Numbered from the stretch's first letter, positions 54,046 to 63,745 are shown. The stretch is 64,000 bases of DNA from Ferruginibacter sp. (GCA_031398005.1 JANNMO010000013.1:29953-93952), one strand, 5' to 3'. Program-made: numbers and translations. Notes: generated by a model from the letters alone, not told the origin.

Positions 54046-55782
54046 TTATTGTACAAAATATACTTTCTTTATCTTATTATTTTCAATGTGATAAATAGCT
54101 ACAGCTTCCATTGTTCTTAGCCCAAAGCGCACACGTTCTTTATCAATTACTATATTGCCTTGTACAATACGTCCGACTAATTCACAATGTAGGTTAGGCG
54201 TACTTTTAAAGAAACCCTCATAATCTTTACGCATTCTTTCTTTGCCTTTGTACATTAATTTATCTGGATAATTATATATCTCCACATCATCTGCATAAGG
54301 CTCTAAAAATGCTTCAATATTTCTTTTGTTATATGCGTTTAGTTGTCTTTGGGCCAGGGCTGTAGGTGTTTCTTTTATTAAAGTATCGGGGTTAATGACT
54401 ACACCATTATTTATTACCCTAAATATTTTCATCAAACTTTCCAACGAATCAATAGGGTTAGAATGCAATAAAATCATATTTGCTTTTTTGCCCACTGCAA
54501 TGCTACCGGTTTCATTTTCTTTCTGTAAAATTTTTGCTGCATTAATAGTAGATGCCTGTATTATTTTCCAATTGCTCATGCCGCTTTTTTGCATAGCCAG
54601 CAATTCTTTTAAATAAGAGGAAGCATGCAATGTGCCTATGTTTCCAGCATCTGTACCCGTGGTTATTAATACACCCGCATCAGATAAAATTTTAAGATTT
54701 CGGGCACATATGTCACTTGTTTTTTGTGCATTTGTTATTTGCTTTTCGGCGGTTGCATATTTTTTATATCCTTTTACAAGTGTTGTATCTGCAATATGTT
54801 CCAGGTCCATCAACGAACCTAATTGAAAAGGATCTGCATGTGTTAATTCATAATTGCTGAATGATAAATTTTGAGCAAATGTATTTTGATAACCTTCTCC
54901 AACTGTTAACGTTGGGCAAAGTATAGTTTTGTTCTTTTTAAGCAATTGTACAAAATCATCTTTCACAATTTCATCTTCTATACTATGTACTAAAAAATCG
55001 CAGCCGTTTTCTACAGCAAGTTGCGCTGTTATTCTTTCTGTAGCATGTACAGCCACTTTCAAATTATTTTTATGCGCTTCCTCAATAATGGCTTTTATAA
55101 TAGGTAAATTTTTTCTTGCACTCGCTTCTACACCCAAACCATCAGCACCTGCTATGTACCAAATTTTAATAAAATCAGGTTTGTATTTTAATTGTTCATT
55201 TACCATTTTTATTCCATCATCAATTGTTTTTACCAAACTAAAGGGTTCATCATTTTTTAAATTTTCAAATGCTTTTGGTTCGTATGTAGTAAGCAATGGG
55301 CCGGTCATGTAAACGGTAGGAGCGTAGGCAGCATTTTCAAATTGCACTCTTTGTTTTAAAAAATTATTGGTGGCACCTACATCAAATACACTTGTAATGC
55401 CATTTTGTAAATACCGTTTCAATTTATCTTCCATTGTTTCGTGTGCCAGTTCAATTTCTTTTGAGTAGGCAAACTGTTTTCTCAAATCAATAGCATCTGG
55501 TCTGGCATACAAACCACCATTTTGAAAAAAATGTATATGAGCATCTGCAAGCCCGGGGAAAAGGTATTTACCAGTTCCATCAATTACAGTGGCACCTGCA
55601 ACAATTTTTATTTTGCTCGAATGTATTTTAGCAATTAAACCATTAGTAATAATCACTGTTTGATTGGGTACTAATTGTTGTTTTTCAACATCAGCTAATG
55701 TAACATTGGTAATGTAGGTTTGGGAGAAGGCAGCAAACGATATCAATAAAAATGCGGAGGTATAAAGTAGTTTATTCTTCAT
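54046..55782 (-). CDS. Amidohydrolase family protein fused to a C-terminal NTF2/SnoaL-like domain
   Basis: Signal peptide, metal-binding GLADAHIHFF, later AVHATE and TGTDAG blocks. C-terminal ~110 aa (LNAYNKRNIEAFLEPYADDVEIYN...IKKVYFVQ) is SnoaL-like. Confidence 0.75.
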   Translation of the reverse strand: MKNKLLYTSAFLLISFAAFSQTYITNVTLADVEKQQLVPNQTVIITNGLIAKIHSSKIKIVAGATVIDGTGKYLFPGLADAHIHFFQNGGLYARPDAIDLRKQFAYSKEIELAHETMEDKLKRYLQNGITSVFDVGATNNFLKQRVQFENAAYAPTVYMTGPLLTTYEPKAFENLKNDEPFSLVKTIDDGIKMVNEQLKYKPDFIKIWYIAGADGLGVEASARKNLPIIKAIIEEAHKNNLKVAVHATERITAQLAVENGCDFLVHSIEDEIVKDDFVQLLKKNKTILCPTLTVGEGYQNTFAQNLSFSNYELTHADPFQLGSLMDLEHIADTTLVKGYKKYATAEKQITNAQKTSDICARNLKILSDAGVLITTGTDAGNIGTLHASSYLKELLAMQKSGMSNWKIIQASTINAAKILQKENETGSIAVGKKANMILLHSNPIDSLESLMKIFRVINNGVVINPDTLIKETPTALAQRQLNAYNKRNIEAFLEPYADDVEIYNYPDKLMYKGKERMRKDYEGFFKSTPNLHCELVGRIVQGNIVIDKERVRFGLRTMEAVAIYHIENNKIKKVYFVQ

Positions 55783-55917
55783 AATTAGTTTGGTTGATAA
55801 TTATTATTTCAAGAGATAATTGCTCACAAAAACTTTTGCTAAGTTAAATTACAATTTATAATTATTACAGCTTTGGCCAATTACTTCAAATCAAATGATT
55901 TTAATAATAGTAAATGT

Positions 55918-56283
55918 TTATGCAGTTCTCAAAATCTTCTCCATCTTTTTGCCTTTAGCCAATTCATCTACCAACTTATCTAAATATCTCACGTATTTTG
56001 TAAGTGGGTTCTCAATTTCTTCAATGCAGTAGCCGCAAATGGTTCCTGCAATAAGATGTGCTTTTGCATTTAATGTAGCCTGCTCAAAAAAAGTTTTAAA
56101 AGTTACTTTTTCATTTATCAATTGCTGCAATTTTTTATCATCAAATCCGGTAAGCCATTCAATAACCGTATGCAATTCTTTTTTTGTTCTGCCTTTGTTT
56201 TCCACTTTTGTAATATAATGTGGGTACACTGATACAAAAGTTAGTCTGGCAATTTTATCATTATGTTCTTTGGTGGTATGCAT
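55918..56283 (-). CDS. DUF2200 domain-containing protein
   Basis: MHTTKEHNDKIARLTFVSVYPHYITKVENKGRTKKELHTVIEWLTGF... matches my memory of DUF2200. Start at ATG 56283. Confidence 0.65.
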   Translation of the reverse strand: MHTTKEHNDKIARLTFVSVYPHYITKVENKGRTKKELHTVIEWLTGFDDKKLQQLINEKVTFKTFFEQATLNAKAHLIAGTICGYCIEEIENPLTKYVRYLDKLVDELAKGKKMEKILRTA

Positions 56284-56385
56284 ACTTTTCAATGTTATTG
56301 TTTGCAACATAATAAATCCATCATCAAATTTTCATGCATTATTTGATTGTGTAAATTTATAAAATAAAATTTGTTGTGCAGTATT

Positions 56386-56645
56386 GGAGCATGGGCCAAA
56401 GAAACATTTTTCAGCATTCGTTAGCCTGTTCCGAACTTGATTCGGAAGGCTATACGCTGCTGCCGCTCAAACGCAGCGGCATATGCTGCTATTCCGGCTA
56501 TGTTCAGCAAATTTTCTTTACTCAGCTTTAATTGTGCAGTTTGGTTTATGGAGAGTTTGTAATTGTTGTTTGAGGTTTTATATTATTTCCCCAACTGGGT
56601 TTTCTTTTAGTTTAAATCTTTAATAAAGCTTCGCTTAACTCTACT
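56386..56645. repeat. Intergenic paralogous element, copy A (about 260 bp), with conserved hairpin and peptide-like frame on the minus strand
   Basis: Aligns to 62230..62469 over GGAGCATG...GAAACATTTTTCAGCATT...CGCTGCTGCCGCTCAAAYGCAGCGGCAT...GCTTTAATTGTGCA...GGAGAGTTTGTA...TCTTTTA.TTTAAATC...CTTAACTCTA. Confidence 0.8.
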
Positions 56646-56666
56646 GATAACCGAAAAAGCCTTACA

Positions 56667-59147
56667 CTATTTCTTCCATTTTTTCTTTGCAGTTAAATAA
56701 TCTAAAAAGTAAATAACTTTTACAGATAAACTCGTAAACTGCGGGCTATTGAGTGTATTAGAAAAATTATTAAAATAGTTTTTTTCAAACGAACGGTTAA
56801 ATTTTTGTGCTATATTTTTCCAGGCAATATTTATAAAACTACCTTGTGCAAACTGCCATGTATAAACCACATCTGCACTAAAAAAATTATAGTTTTGATT
56901 CACACTTTTTGTAAATGAAGTTGTTGGAGTTTCTAAATCGCCAAATTTATTAAGCTCATAAAATTGCTGTGGTGCTACTTTACTCCAATAATGCCTTGTA
57001 CGTAACGATAAACCCATTTTATTGGTAAAATTATATTTTGCAGATAAAACATTTTCTACAGCATACACATTTCGTCTGCTGAAAATAACCGTATCAGGAT
57101 TTTCACTGTTATATAAAACCGCAGCAAAGCCACTCTGGTTTTTAGTGTACTCAACGTTTACAGAATGGTCAACAGAAAATTTACTACTAAACCTTACTTT
57201 GCCAATTAACCCATAATTAAATTTTTTTGCATTGAAAACACCTCTTGTACCAGCAGATAAATTTCCACCCCAAGATAGTTTTTTTGCACTATTGCTTTCC
57301 CAATAAGAATTAAAATTTATTCTGCCTTTATCTCTAAATACCCTGCCGTAAACCCTTGGTTCGTAAAAATCGTTCCCATGCGGTCCCCCATTTATATTTA
57401 CCCCAGCGTTCCATAAATTTTTGAAACGCATATTAAAATTTACATTTACTCCAAACCCTTGATACATCAAATCTTTTCGCTTTAGTAAATCTATAGGAGT
57501 TACTAAACGACTGTAATAAAAATTACCATTTACATTTAAACTGTTGTACCATTTACCGGGCTTATTCCAGTTATAACCAGCCCACATTCCTTGGTCCATT
57601 GTGTTGTTGTTATTTTGTATGCCAAGGTCGTTTTTATCATATTTTGCATTTACAAAATCTTGCCAGATGTTGAAGTTAAAACGACCGCTTGTTTTACCTG
57701 CATAAATACTGTGGGCATATCCTGTTTTTGTTTGGTTGCCCACCACGTTGCTTAAGCTTACATTACCACCAATATTCCATTTATTTTTTTTATCATTAAA
57801 ATCAAACAAGCCAGATGTTACCACTGCATCATAATCTGAACCTGCTCTTATTACACTTGTATTTACCAAAGATATGCTGCTGTTGTTTTTTAGCGTTTGG
57901 TCCAGCACAAGAATATTATAGTTGGTGAGTGGGTCGGTTTCAAATTTTCTTTCTTTACCATCTCCGTTATTTATAATTTTTGCATACTGTGGTTTTGTAA
58001 CAGCATTTAGTAGGCCTATACCAAGTCCTTTTTGTGTGCGTCCGCTTATTTTTGTTGCATTAATTAATTTTACATCTTCCGGGTTTTGTAAAACAGATTC
58101 ATTTGTTTTTAACTGGTCTTCTACTTCGTAATAATGCAGAGGGTTTTCGCCAATACGACCAATACGCCTACTGTAAAAAAGGTTTCCTTTACTAAAAAGG
58201 TCTGCACCTTCTGTAAAGAAAGAACGGTTTTCAGCAAACTTTTGTTCAAAGGGAGATAAATTGAGTGTGCGGTTGTCAGTTTGTGTTTGCCCAAAATCAG
58301 GTATCAGCGTCATATCCAGTGTAATGGCCTGATTAATTCCATACTTAATATCCATACCGCCATTAATGGTTGTAGTACTTTTTTTTGTTTCGCCATCATT
58401 TGTTTGATACGCAGAAAAATACGGTGAAAACTGCAAACGCAATGGAGGTTTAATATCTTCCAAACCTAGCATGGTTCCTTCTTGTGTAAGAAAACCATTT
58501 ACTGCAGGGTCTATAGATTGCCAAAATAATTGCGCCCCACTTTTTTGCCGCCTGCGTACAATATTTAACCCCCAGTCTTGTATTTTCTTTTTGCCAAAAC
58601 GTATAGCAGCGTACGGTATAAATATTTCAAAGCTCCACCCATCTTCATTTATTTTTGCAGCACTTTGCCATACGGCGTTCCAGCTAAAATCTTCACTGTT
58701 GCCATTTGTATTGGGTGCTACTTTTGCATCAAATTGCTCACCAAGCGGCGTTACAAAATATTCAAATCCATTTAATTTATCTTGGTATGTATCAAAAACA
58801 ACTCCTAAAAAATCGTTGTTGCCAAAGCCATCTCTACCCACCAGTTCTGCAGCTATACTATCTTTATTTTTTTCGTGCAGGTAGCCACCCACATAAATGC
58901 CTTCATTGTTGTACAGAAAATAAATTTGTGTTGCATTCTCTACACTTTCTACTTTAAAAGGGGTGGGGCGAAGCTCTGTAAATTTATCTGCAACGCTTGC
59001 AGTTTCCCATGCGGCATCATCTAATATACCATCAATTTTTATGGCAGCAGTAGTTTTAATGATGGTGATTTTTCTTTTTTCTGTCTGGCTAAAAATATTA
59101 TTGGAAAAAAGTAAGAAAATTGCAATTATTAAATTTCGAAATGTCAT
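56667..59147 (-). CDS. Carbohydrate-binding family 9-like / DUF5916 outer-membrane-type protein
   Basis: Signal peptide from ATG 59147. N-terminal IKIDGILDDAAWETASVADKFTELRP (CBM9-like), then a long beta-rich region ending in an aromatic-rich C-terminus. Confidence 0.6.
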   Translation of the reverse strand: MTFRNLIIAIFLLFSNNIFSQTEKRKITIIKTTAAIKIDGILDDAAWETASVADKFTELRPTPFKVESVENATQIYFLYNNEGIYVGGYLHEKNKDSIAAELVGRDGFGNNDFLGVVFDTYQDKLNGFEYFVTPLGEQFDAKVAPNTNGNSEDFSWNAVWQSAAKINEDGWSFEIFIPYAAIRFGKKKIQDWGLNIVRRRQKSGAQLFWQSIDPAVNGFLTQEGTMLGLEDIKPPLRLQFSPYFSAYQTNDGETKKSTTTINGGMDIKYGINQAITLDMTLIPDFGQTQTDNRTLNLSPFEQKFAENRSFFTEGADLFSKGNLFYSRRIGRIGENPLHYYEVEDQLKTNESVLQNPEDVKLINATKISGRTQKGLGIGLLNAVTKPQYAKIINNGDGKERKFETDPLTNYNILVLDQTLKNNSSISLVNTSVIRAGSDYDAVVTSGLFDFNDKKNKWNIGGNVSLSNVVGNQTKTGYAHSIYAGKTSGRFNFNIWQDFVNAKYDKNDLGIQNNNNTMDQGMWAGYNWNKPGKWYNSLNVNGNFYYSRLVTPIDLLKRKDLMYQGFGVNVNFNMRFKNLWNAGVNINGGPHGNDFYEPRVYGRVFRDKGRINFNSYWESNSAKKLSWGGNLSAGTRGVFNAKKFNYGLIGKVRFSSKFSVDHSVNVEYTKNQSGFAAVLYNSENPDTVIFSRRNVYAVENVLSAKYNFTNKMGLSLRTRHYWSKVAPQQFYELNKFGDLETPTTSFTKSVNQNYNFFSADVVYTWQFAQGSFINIAWKNIAQKFNRSFEKNYFNNFSNTLNSPQFTSLSVKVIYFLDYLTAKKKWKK

Positions 59148-59421
59148 TTTGTTATTTTTATTGCCATCAATGCACAAATACCAAGCACCAATGAAATGCT
59201 GTTTTTTCTGCTTTGAAGAACGTTATTTTAATATTTTGATAGCTGATGAACCCAGCCTACTCTTTAAGTATCAGAAGGAAAATCTAAGCACTCTTTTTCT
59301 TTTACATTCTTTGTGATAATATCATTTATGAAAAGACATACCTCTGGCTGTACTAAAAAGAATTATTTTTTGAATGCTATATTTTCAGCAGAATTTGTTG
59401 TAATTGAAAGGGAAAAATTAC

Positions 59422-61635
59422 TTAATCAACCATTACCGCTTTTAATGAAATATATTTATCCAGCGTTTTAAAATTGTGGCCCTTTGCTTTCATTCTTTTA
59501 ATATAGTCTGGTGTAGCACCAATTGCTTTTGCACCAAGTATATTATCAAAATTGGCATCTGTAAAACCTAAGCCCTGGTATTCTTTTACCATTTCAGGCG
59601 TTACATTCATAGCTTTTAGTCCTCCAAAATCATCAGGGTTTATATTTTTAAAACCTGCGCTGCTAAAGCTTTTAATGTAGTCTGCAGTAATGCCAAGCGC
59701 CTTATAGCCAGTAATATTTTCAGGTTTTATTTTAATACCTGCATTCTTAAAACTTTTTACATAATCTGCAGTAATGCCTAGCGCCTTAAAACCAATAATA
59801 TCTGCATTGGAAATTTTAATGTAACCCACCTCTTTAAATGAATTAATATATGCCTGATCAATTCCTAATGCTTTCATTGCTATTATATCGTCATGACCAT
59901 CATCATTTTTTTCTGCGTTTTCATCAATTTTTGCCTGCTCTTCACTCAATTTGTTTTGTTGTTCGTTCAATAGGTCTTGTTGCTCATTCAGTTTATCCTG
60001 TTGTGCATTTAGCTTATTATCTAATGATCCCATATTATTCTTTGTAGCATTTTTATAATCAGCAATATATTTTCCATCAATGCCCTGTGCTTTTAAAGTT
60101 ATTATTCTATCAGGGCTTAGATTTTTATAACCGGCTTTGGTTATCTCTTCTATAAATGCTTTATCTACACCGAGTGATCTAAAAGGAACTAAATTTTCAA
60201 TATTAATTTCGGGCATTACTTGTTTTATAGATGTTATATACGCTTCATCAACATTTAGTGCAGCAAGTGGAATAATATCTTCTTTACTAATATTTTTGTA
60301 GCCATTTTGTTTAAGCATTTGTACATAGGTATTTTTTATATTCAGCATAAAAAATACAATGGCATCTTCGTTACTTTTTATATCTACACCATCTTTAAGC
60401 ATTTTTTCTTCGTATTGCTTATTGGGTATAAATTTATAATTACCCATACCTTTTGTACCTTCAAATTTTCCTGTAAATTCCAGAGTACCGGCATCTCTGG
60501 TCAAGGAAAAATTACCAGTTTTACCTACAGGCAAATCTTTTAATTCGCTTAGCAAAAAACTGTTGCCACTAAAAGAATTTTCATCGTCATCACTTTTAAA
60601 CTGAAAGTTTATTTTATCATTTTTTATAGTTGCAAACCACACTCCTTCGTTTTTCATTTCGTTGCCAATATGAATTTGCTTTTCTCCGTTGTTTTTTCCT
60701 GTTTGCTTTTGTCCGTAAACAATTGTTTCGTTAAACACACATACAAACAATACCATAAGTGGTAGTAGGAAAAAGTATTTCCAGATGGTATGCAGGTTAG
60801 ATTTTTTTGCGTTCATCATGATTAATCTTTTTTTAAGAAGTGATTGGTTATAATTAGTTGTAAGGCTTAATGGAAAATGCGGTGCAGCCACTTTTAATAA
60901 ACTCATCTGGTAACTTTCTTTTTCAACTGTATTGTGCTGTAATAAACTTTCATCGGTGTAATATTCAAGGTTGCTTTCCAGCTCTTTGCGCCATGCCCAT
61001 GCAAAAGGATTGAACCATTGAAAAATGATTACTATTTCTGCCAGCAGCAGATCTAGCGTATGCTTTTGTTCAATGTGTATTTTTTCGTGAAGCAATACTT
61101 GGTTGTATGTTTCCCAATCATATTTTTCAGGATTTATAAAAATATTATTGGCAAATGAACAAGGTGCTTTATCGCCAGTAATTTCTACAATGCGAAATTT
61201 ACCATCAATAATTACCGGGCGTGAATAAGCTTTGTATAATAAAATACATGCCTGCATTAAAAAATTAAAACCAAATAATATTACACCAAACCAATACAAA
61301 TACACAAGCCAATCCATAACCTGCTCAAAGTTTATGCGCTTATTATTCTCCAGCGGTTGCACAACATGTGTACTCACTTTTTGGTTAATGGATTGAATAA
61401 TATTTTCCTGCATGGTTGTTTCACTTACAGGTGCAACAACATTTATTTGCGCAGGAGTTTTTCTAAAAGAAAGTTGCTCAGGTATCTTTATAAGCGGCAG
61501 CGAAAATGCCAGCGCCATACAAGAAAGCAATACTATTCTATTTAAATGAAAGAAGGTTTCTTTTTGCAACAACAGTTTATAAAAAATAAAACATGCTGTA
61601 AGAATAATGGCGGCGTATAAAATATATGGTATCAT
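59422..61635 (-). CDS. BlaR1/M56 family peptidase-type signal transducer with atypical repeat-rich C-terminal domain
   Basis: Four TM helices. HExxH (LLHEKIHIEQKH). C-terminal about 300 aa built from ~24-aa repeats (KALGI.ADY(I/V)KSF..AG(F/I)K.I.P) plus a Q-rich coiled coil. 4-nt overlap with the BlaI-like gene. Confidence 0.8.
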   Translation of the reverse strand: MIPYILYAAIILTACFIFYKLLLQKETFFHLNRIVLLSCMALAFSLPLIKIPEQLSFRKTPAQINVVAPVSETTMQENIIQSINQKVSTHVVQPLENNKRINFEQVMDWLVYLYWFGVILFGFNFLMQACILLYKAYSRPVIIDGKFRIVEITGDKAPCSFANNIFINPEKYDWETYNQVLLHEKIHIEQKHTLDLLLAEIVIIFQWFNPFAWAWRKELESNLEYYTDESLLQHNTVEKESYQMSLLKVAAPHFPLSLTTNYNQSLLKKRLIMMNAKKSNLHTIWKYFFLLPLMVLFVCVFNETIVYGQKQTGKNNGEKQIHIGNEMKNEGVWFATIKNDKINFQFKSDDDENSFSGNSFLLSELKDLPVGKTGNFSLTRDAGTLEFTGKFEGTKGMGNYKFIPNKQYEEKMLKDGVDIKSNEDAIVFFMLNIKNTYVQMLKQNGYKNISKEDIIPLAALNVDEAYITSIKQVMPEINIENLVPFRSLGVDKAFIEEITKAGYKNLSPDRIITLKAQGIDGKYIADYKNATKNNMGSLDNKLNAQQDKLNEQQDLLNEQQNKLSEEQAKIDENAEKNDDGHDDIIAMKALGIDQAYINSFKEVGYIKISNADIIGFKALGITADYVKSFKNAGIKIKPENITGYKALGITADYIKSFSSAGFKNINPDDFGGLKAMNVTPEMVKEYQGLGFTDANFDNILGAKAIGATPDYIKRMKAKGHNFKTLDKYISLKAVMVD

Positions 61636-61994
61636 TTGTTTTCTTTTTTAATGATGTTTACTATTTCATTCAATTGCTTATCGCTTAGGTTTTGCTCCTT
61701 TGCAAAAAACGCTAACATGCGTGGGTACGAGTTATCAAAATACTGGCTCACCACATCTTTTAATGCAAATTTTTGATAATCTTCTCGGCTTATAATAGGG
61801 AAATAAGCATGCATGTTGCCAGCAGTTTCTTTGCCCAAAAAACCTTTCTCTTCTAAAATCTTCACCATGGTGGCAACGCTGTTGTAGTGCGGCTTTGGGT
61901 CAGGCAACAGCGGAATAATATCTCTAATAAACGCTTTATTTAAATCCCAAAACACCTGCATTATTTGCTCTTCTCTTTTGGCTAATTTTACCAT
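61632..61994 (-). CDS. BlaI/MecI/CopY family transcriptional repressor
   Basis: 120 aa. LAKREEQIMQVFWDL...YNSVATMVKILEEKGFL wHTH. Confidence 0.85.
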   Translation of the reverse strand: MVKLAKREEQIMQVFWDLNKAFIRDIIPLLPDPKPHYNSVATMVKILEEKGFLGKETAGNMHAYFPIISREDYQKFALKDVVSQYFDNSYPRMLAFFAKEQNLSDKQLNEIVNIIKKENK

Positions 61995-62021
61995 TGCTTA
62001 TATATTTAAAACAAATGTACT

Positions 62022-62056
62022 ACTAATTCATTAGGAGAACAACTAATTTATTAGGA
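62022..62056. promoter_or_regulatory. Two tandem palindromic boxes upstream of the BlaI-like gene (candidate operator)
   Basis: ACTAATTCATTAGGA (62022..62036) and ACTAATTTATTAGGA (62042..62056). Each contains CTAAT-nn-ATTAG. 20-bp period, 28-62 nt upstream of ATG 61994. Confidence 0.5.
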
Positions 62057-62229
62057 ATGGTAAAAAATATTTTAAATATGGTCTTATAAAGTTTAAAAAA
62101 AATTAGATAAATTATTATTTTATAAATGCTTAGCCAACATATTTTATGCAGAAAATAATTTTAAAATATTTTAAATTATTTTTTAATTGAAGTAAGATTA
62201 TAATCGACTTTTAACTTTGCGATGTTTGG

Positions 62230-62469
62230 GGAGCATGAGCTGGAGAAACATTTTTCAGCATTTGTTTCGGGCTATTCGCTGCTGCCGCTCAAATGCAGCG
62301 GCATTCGCTGCTATCCCGGCTATGCTCAGCAGATTTTCTTTAATGGGCTTTAATTGTGCAACAGGTTTTAAGGAGAGTTTGTATTTTTTGTTTGTAATTT
62401 TTTTATTGTTTGTCGATATAAAGTCTCTCTTTTATTTTAAATCCGTAGAGGCGCTTCTCTTAACTCTAA
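62230..62469. repeat. Intergenic paralogous element, copy B (about 240 bp)
   Basis: See copy A. It lacks the extra 22-nt TTCCGAA/TTCGGAA hairpin present in copy A. Lies in the divergent spacer between the BlaI-like gene and ORF 62513. Confidence 0.8.
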
Positions 62470-62512
62470 GGATAGATAAAGTACATTTGAAACCAATATT
62501 TAAGTACATCAC

Positions 62513-63148
62513 ATGCCATTACAAAACAGGGTAAACCCATTTAGCAAAATAATTACCAGTCCCGAATGTGGCGCTTACACAGGCAACAGAGGCGTAATAC
62601 ATAACAACCAAAAACAAATAATTAAAAACCACGCAGTAAAATATTGGATAACCTGCTTGCTGAAATATAAAACATTACACCGGCAAGTAATGACCCCCAA
62701 CCGCTGGACAGAATTATTTTTTTTGGATGAAGCTACTGCCTTTGCTGCAGGCCATCGCCCTTGTGGTTTTTGCAGACATACAGATTTTAAACTTTTTAAA
62801 ACATTATGGCTACAAGCCAATGGCGAACAACATGGCTTATTGCCAAGTACAAAAATGAATGTTATTGATGAAATTATACACGCAGAAAGATTAGATAAAA
62901 ACAACGTACAAAAAACTTTTACCGCCACTTTAAATACATTGCCCAATGGAGTTTTTATAAAATTACCTAACGATGAAGATGCGTATTTATGGTACAACCA
63001 ACATTTATATTTATGGTCTTTTAAAGGATATAAAAAAATAAGTAACTACAATAAAGATGAAATAGTTGATGTGTTAACTCCTGCTAGTTATGTAGCGGCT
63101 TTTAAGATGGATTATAAACCTCAAATTCATTCTTCGGTGGAGGGTTGA
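62513..63148 (+). CDS. Conserved hypothetical protein (Cys-containing, GHRPCGFC motif)
   Basis: MPLQNRVNPFSKII...GNRGVIHN...WTELFFLDEATAFAAGHRPCGFCRH looks like a conserved uncharacterised family. No function recognised. Confidence 0.5.
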   Translation: MPLQNRVNPFSKIITSPECGAYTGNRGVIHNNQKQIIKNHAVKYWITCLLKYKTLHRQVMTPNRWTELFFLDEATAFAAGHRPCGFCRHTDFKLFKTLWLQANGEQHGLLPSTKMNVIDEIIHAERLDKNNVQKTFTATLNTLPNGVFIKLPNDEDAYLWYNQHLYLWSFKGYKKISNYNKDEIVDVLTPASYVAAFKMDYKPQIHSSVEG

Positions 63149-63304
63149 AAAATTTGTAAATACAAGTCTCGGTTAATCTTCGTTTCAATCTTCGCCGCTG
63201 CTTGGTTTGTAACCAGCAGCGTATTGCCTCATGAATATATTTCTTATTATTCTTTATACTGCATTTCCAAAATGGAATATGATATATAGGTTAAAAGATT
63301 TTTG

Positions 63305-63745
63305 TCAGGACATTGAAACAGCAGGCTTTTTACTTGACAATTCGATATTGTCTTTTTTGAACCAATTTATATTTGTCATTAAAGTTATTTTACCGTCAAG
63401 ATATTCATATTCCTCAAACAATAAATTTTCCTTTGTTTGAGGTTTTCCATTATAGTACCATTGCCATAAAATTTTGTCTGCTTGGAGAATTTGAAAATGC
63501 CCTTTTTTTTCAGAAATATGCTCTGCATTCCAAATAGTCAGGTGTTCTCCATTACCGAATATAAGTGTCAATATATTTAATTCTTCATCGAATGTTACAG
63601 TCTCAAGTATGTGGAAATTATCCATCGGTCTGCCGAACCAACTTCCCCATATACAAAGTGAACCACCTTCAAAATTTCGGGTAGAAGAATTATTTTTATT
63701 GAAAAATTCCAGTGCTGTCATGATGGGTATCTTAAAAATTTTCAT
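63305..63745 (-). CDS. Hypothetical protein
   Basis: 146-aa ORF in a low-GC stretch with no recognised motif. Start may be the internal ATG at 63721. Confidence 0.4.
   Translation of the reverse strand: MKIFKIPIMTALEFFNKNNSSTRNFEGGSLCIWGSWFGRPMDNFHILETVTFDEELNILTLIFGNGEHLTIWNAEHISEKKGHFQILQADKILWQWYYNGKPQTKENLLFEEYEYLDGKITLMTNINWFKKDNIELSSKKPAVSMS

Noticed and set aside
62217-62534. 105-aa + strand ORF covering repeat copy B
   Set aside because: The same frame in copy A is closed by a stop after about 20 codons. Substitutions between the copies are mostly non-synonymous in this frame (2 of 7 synonymous, versus 5 of 7 on the opposite strand).
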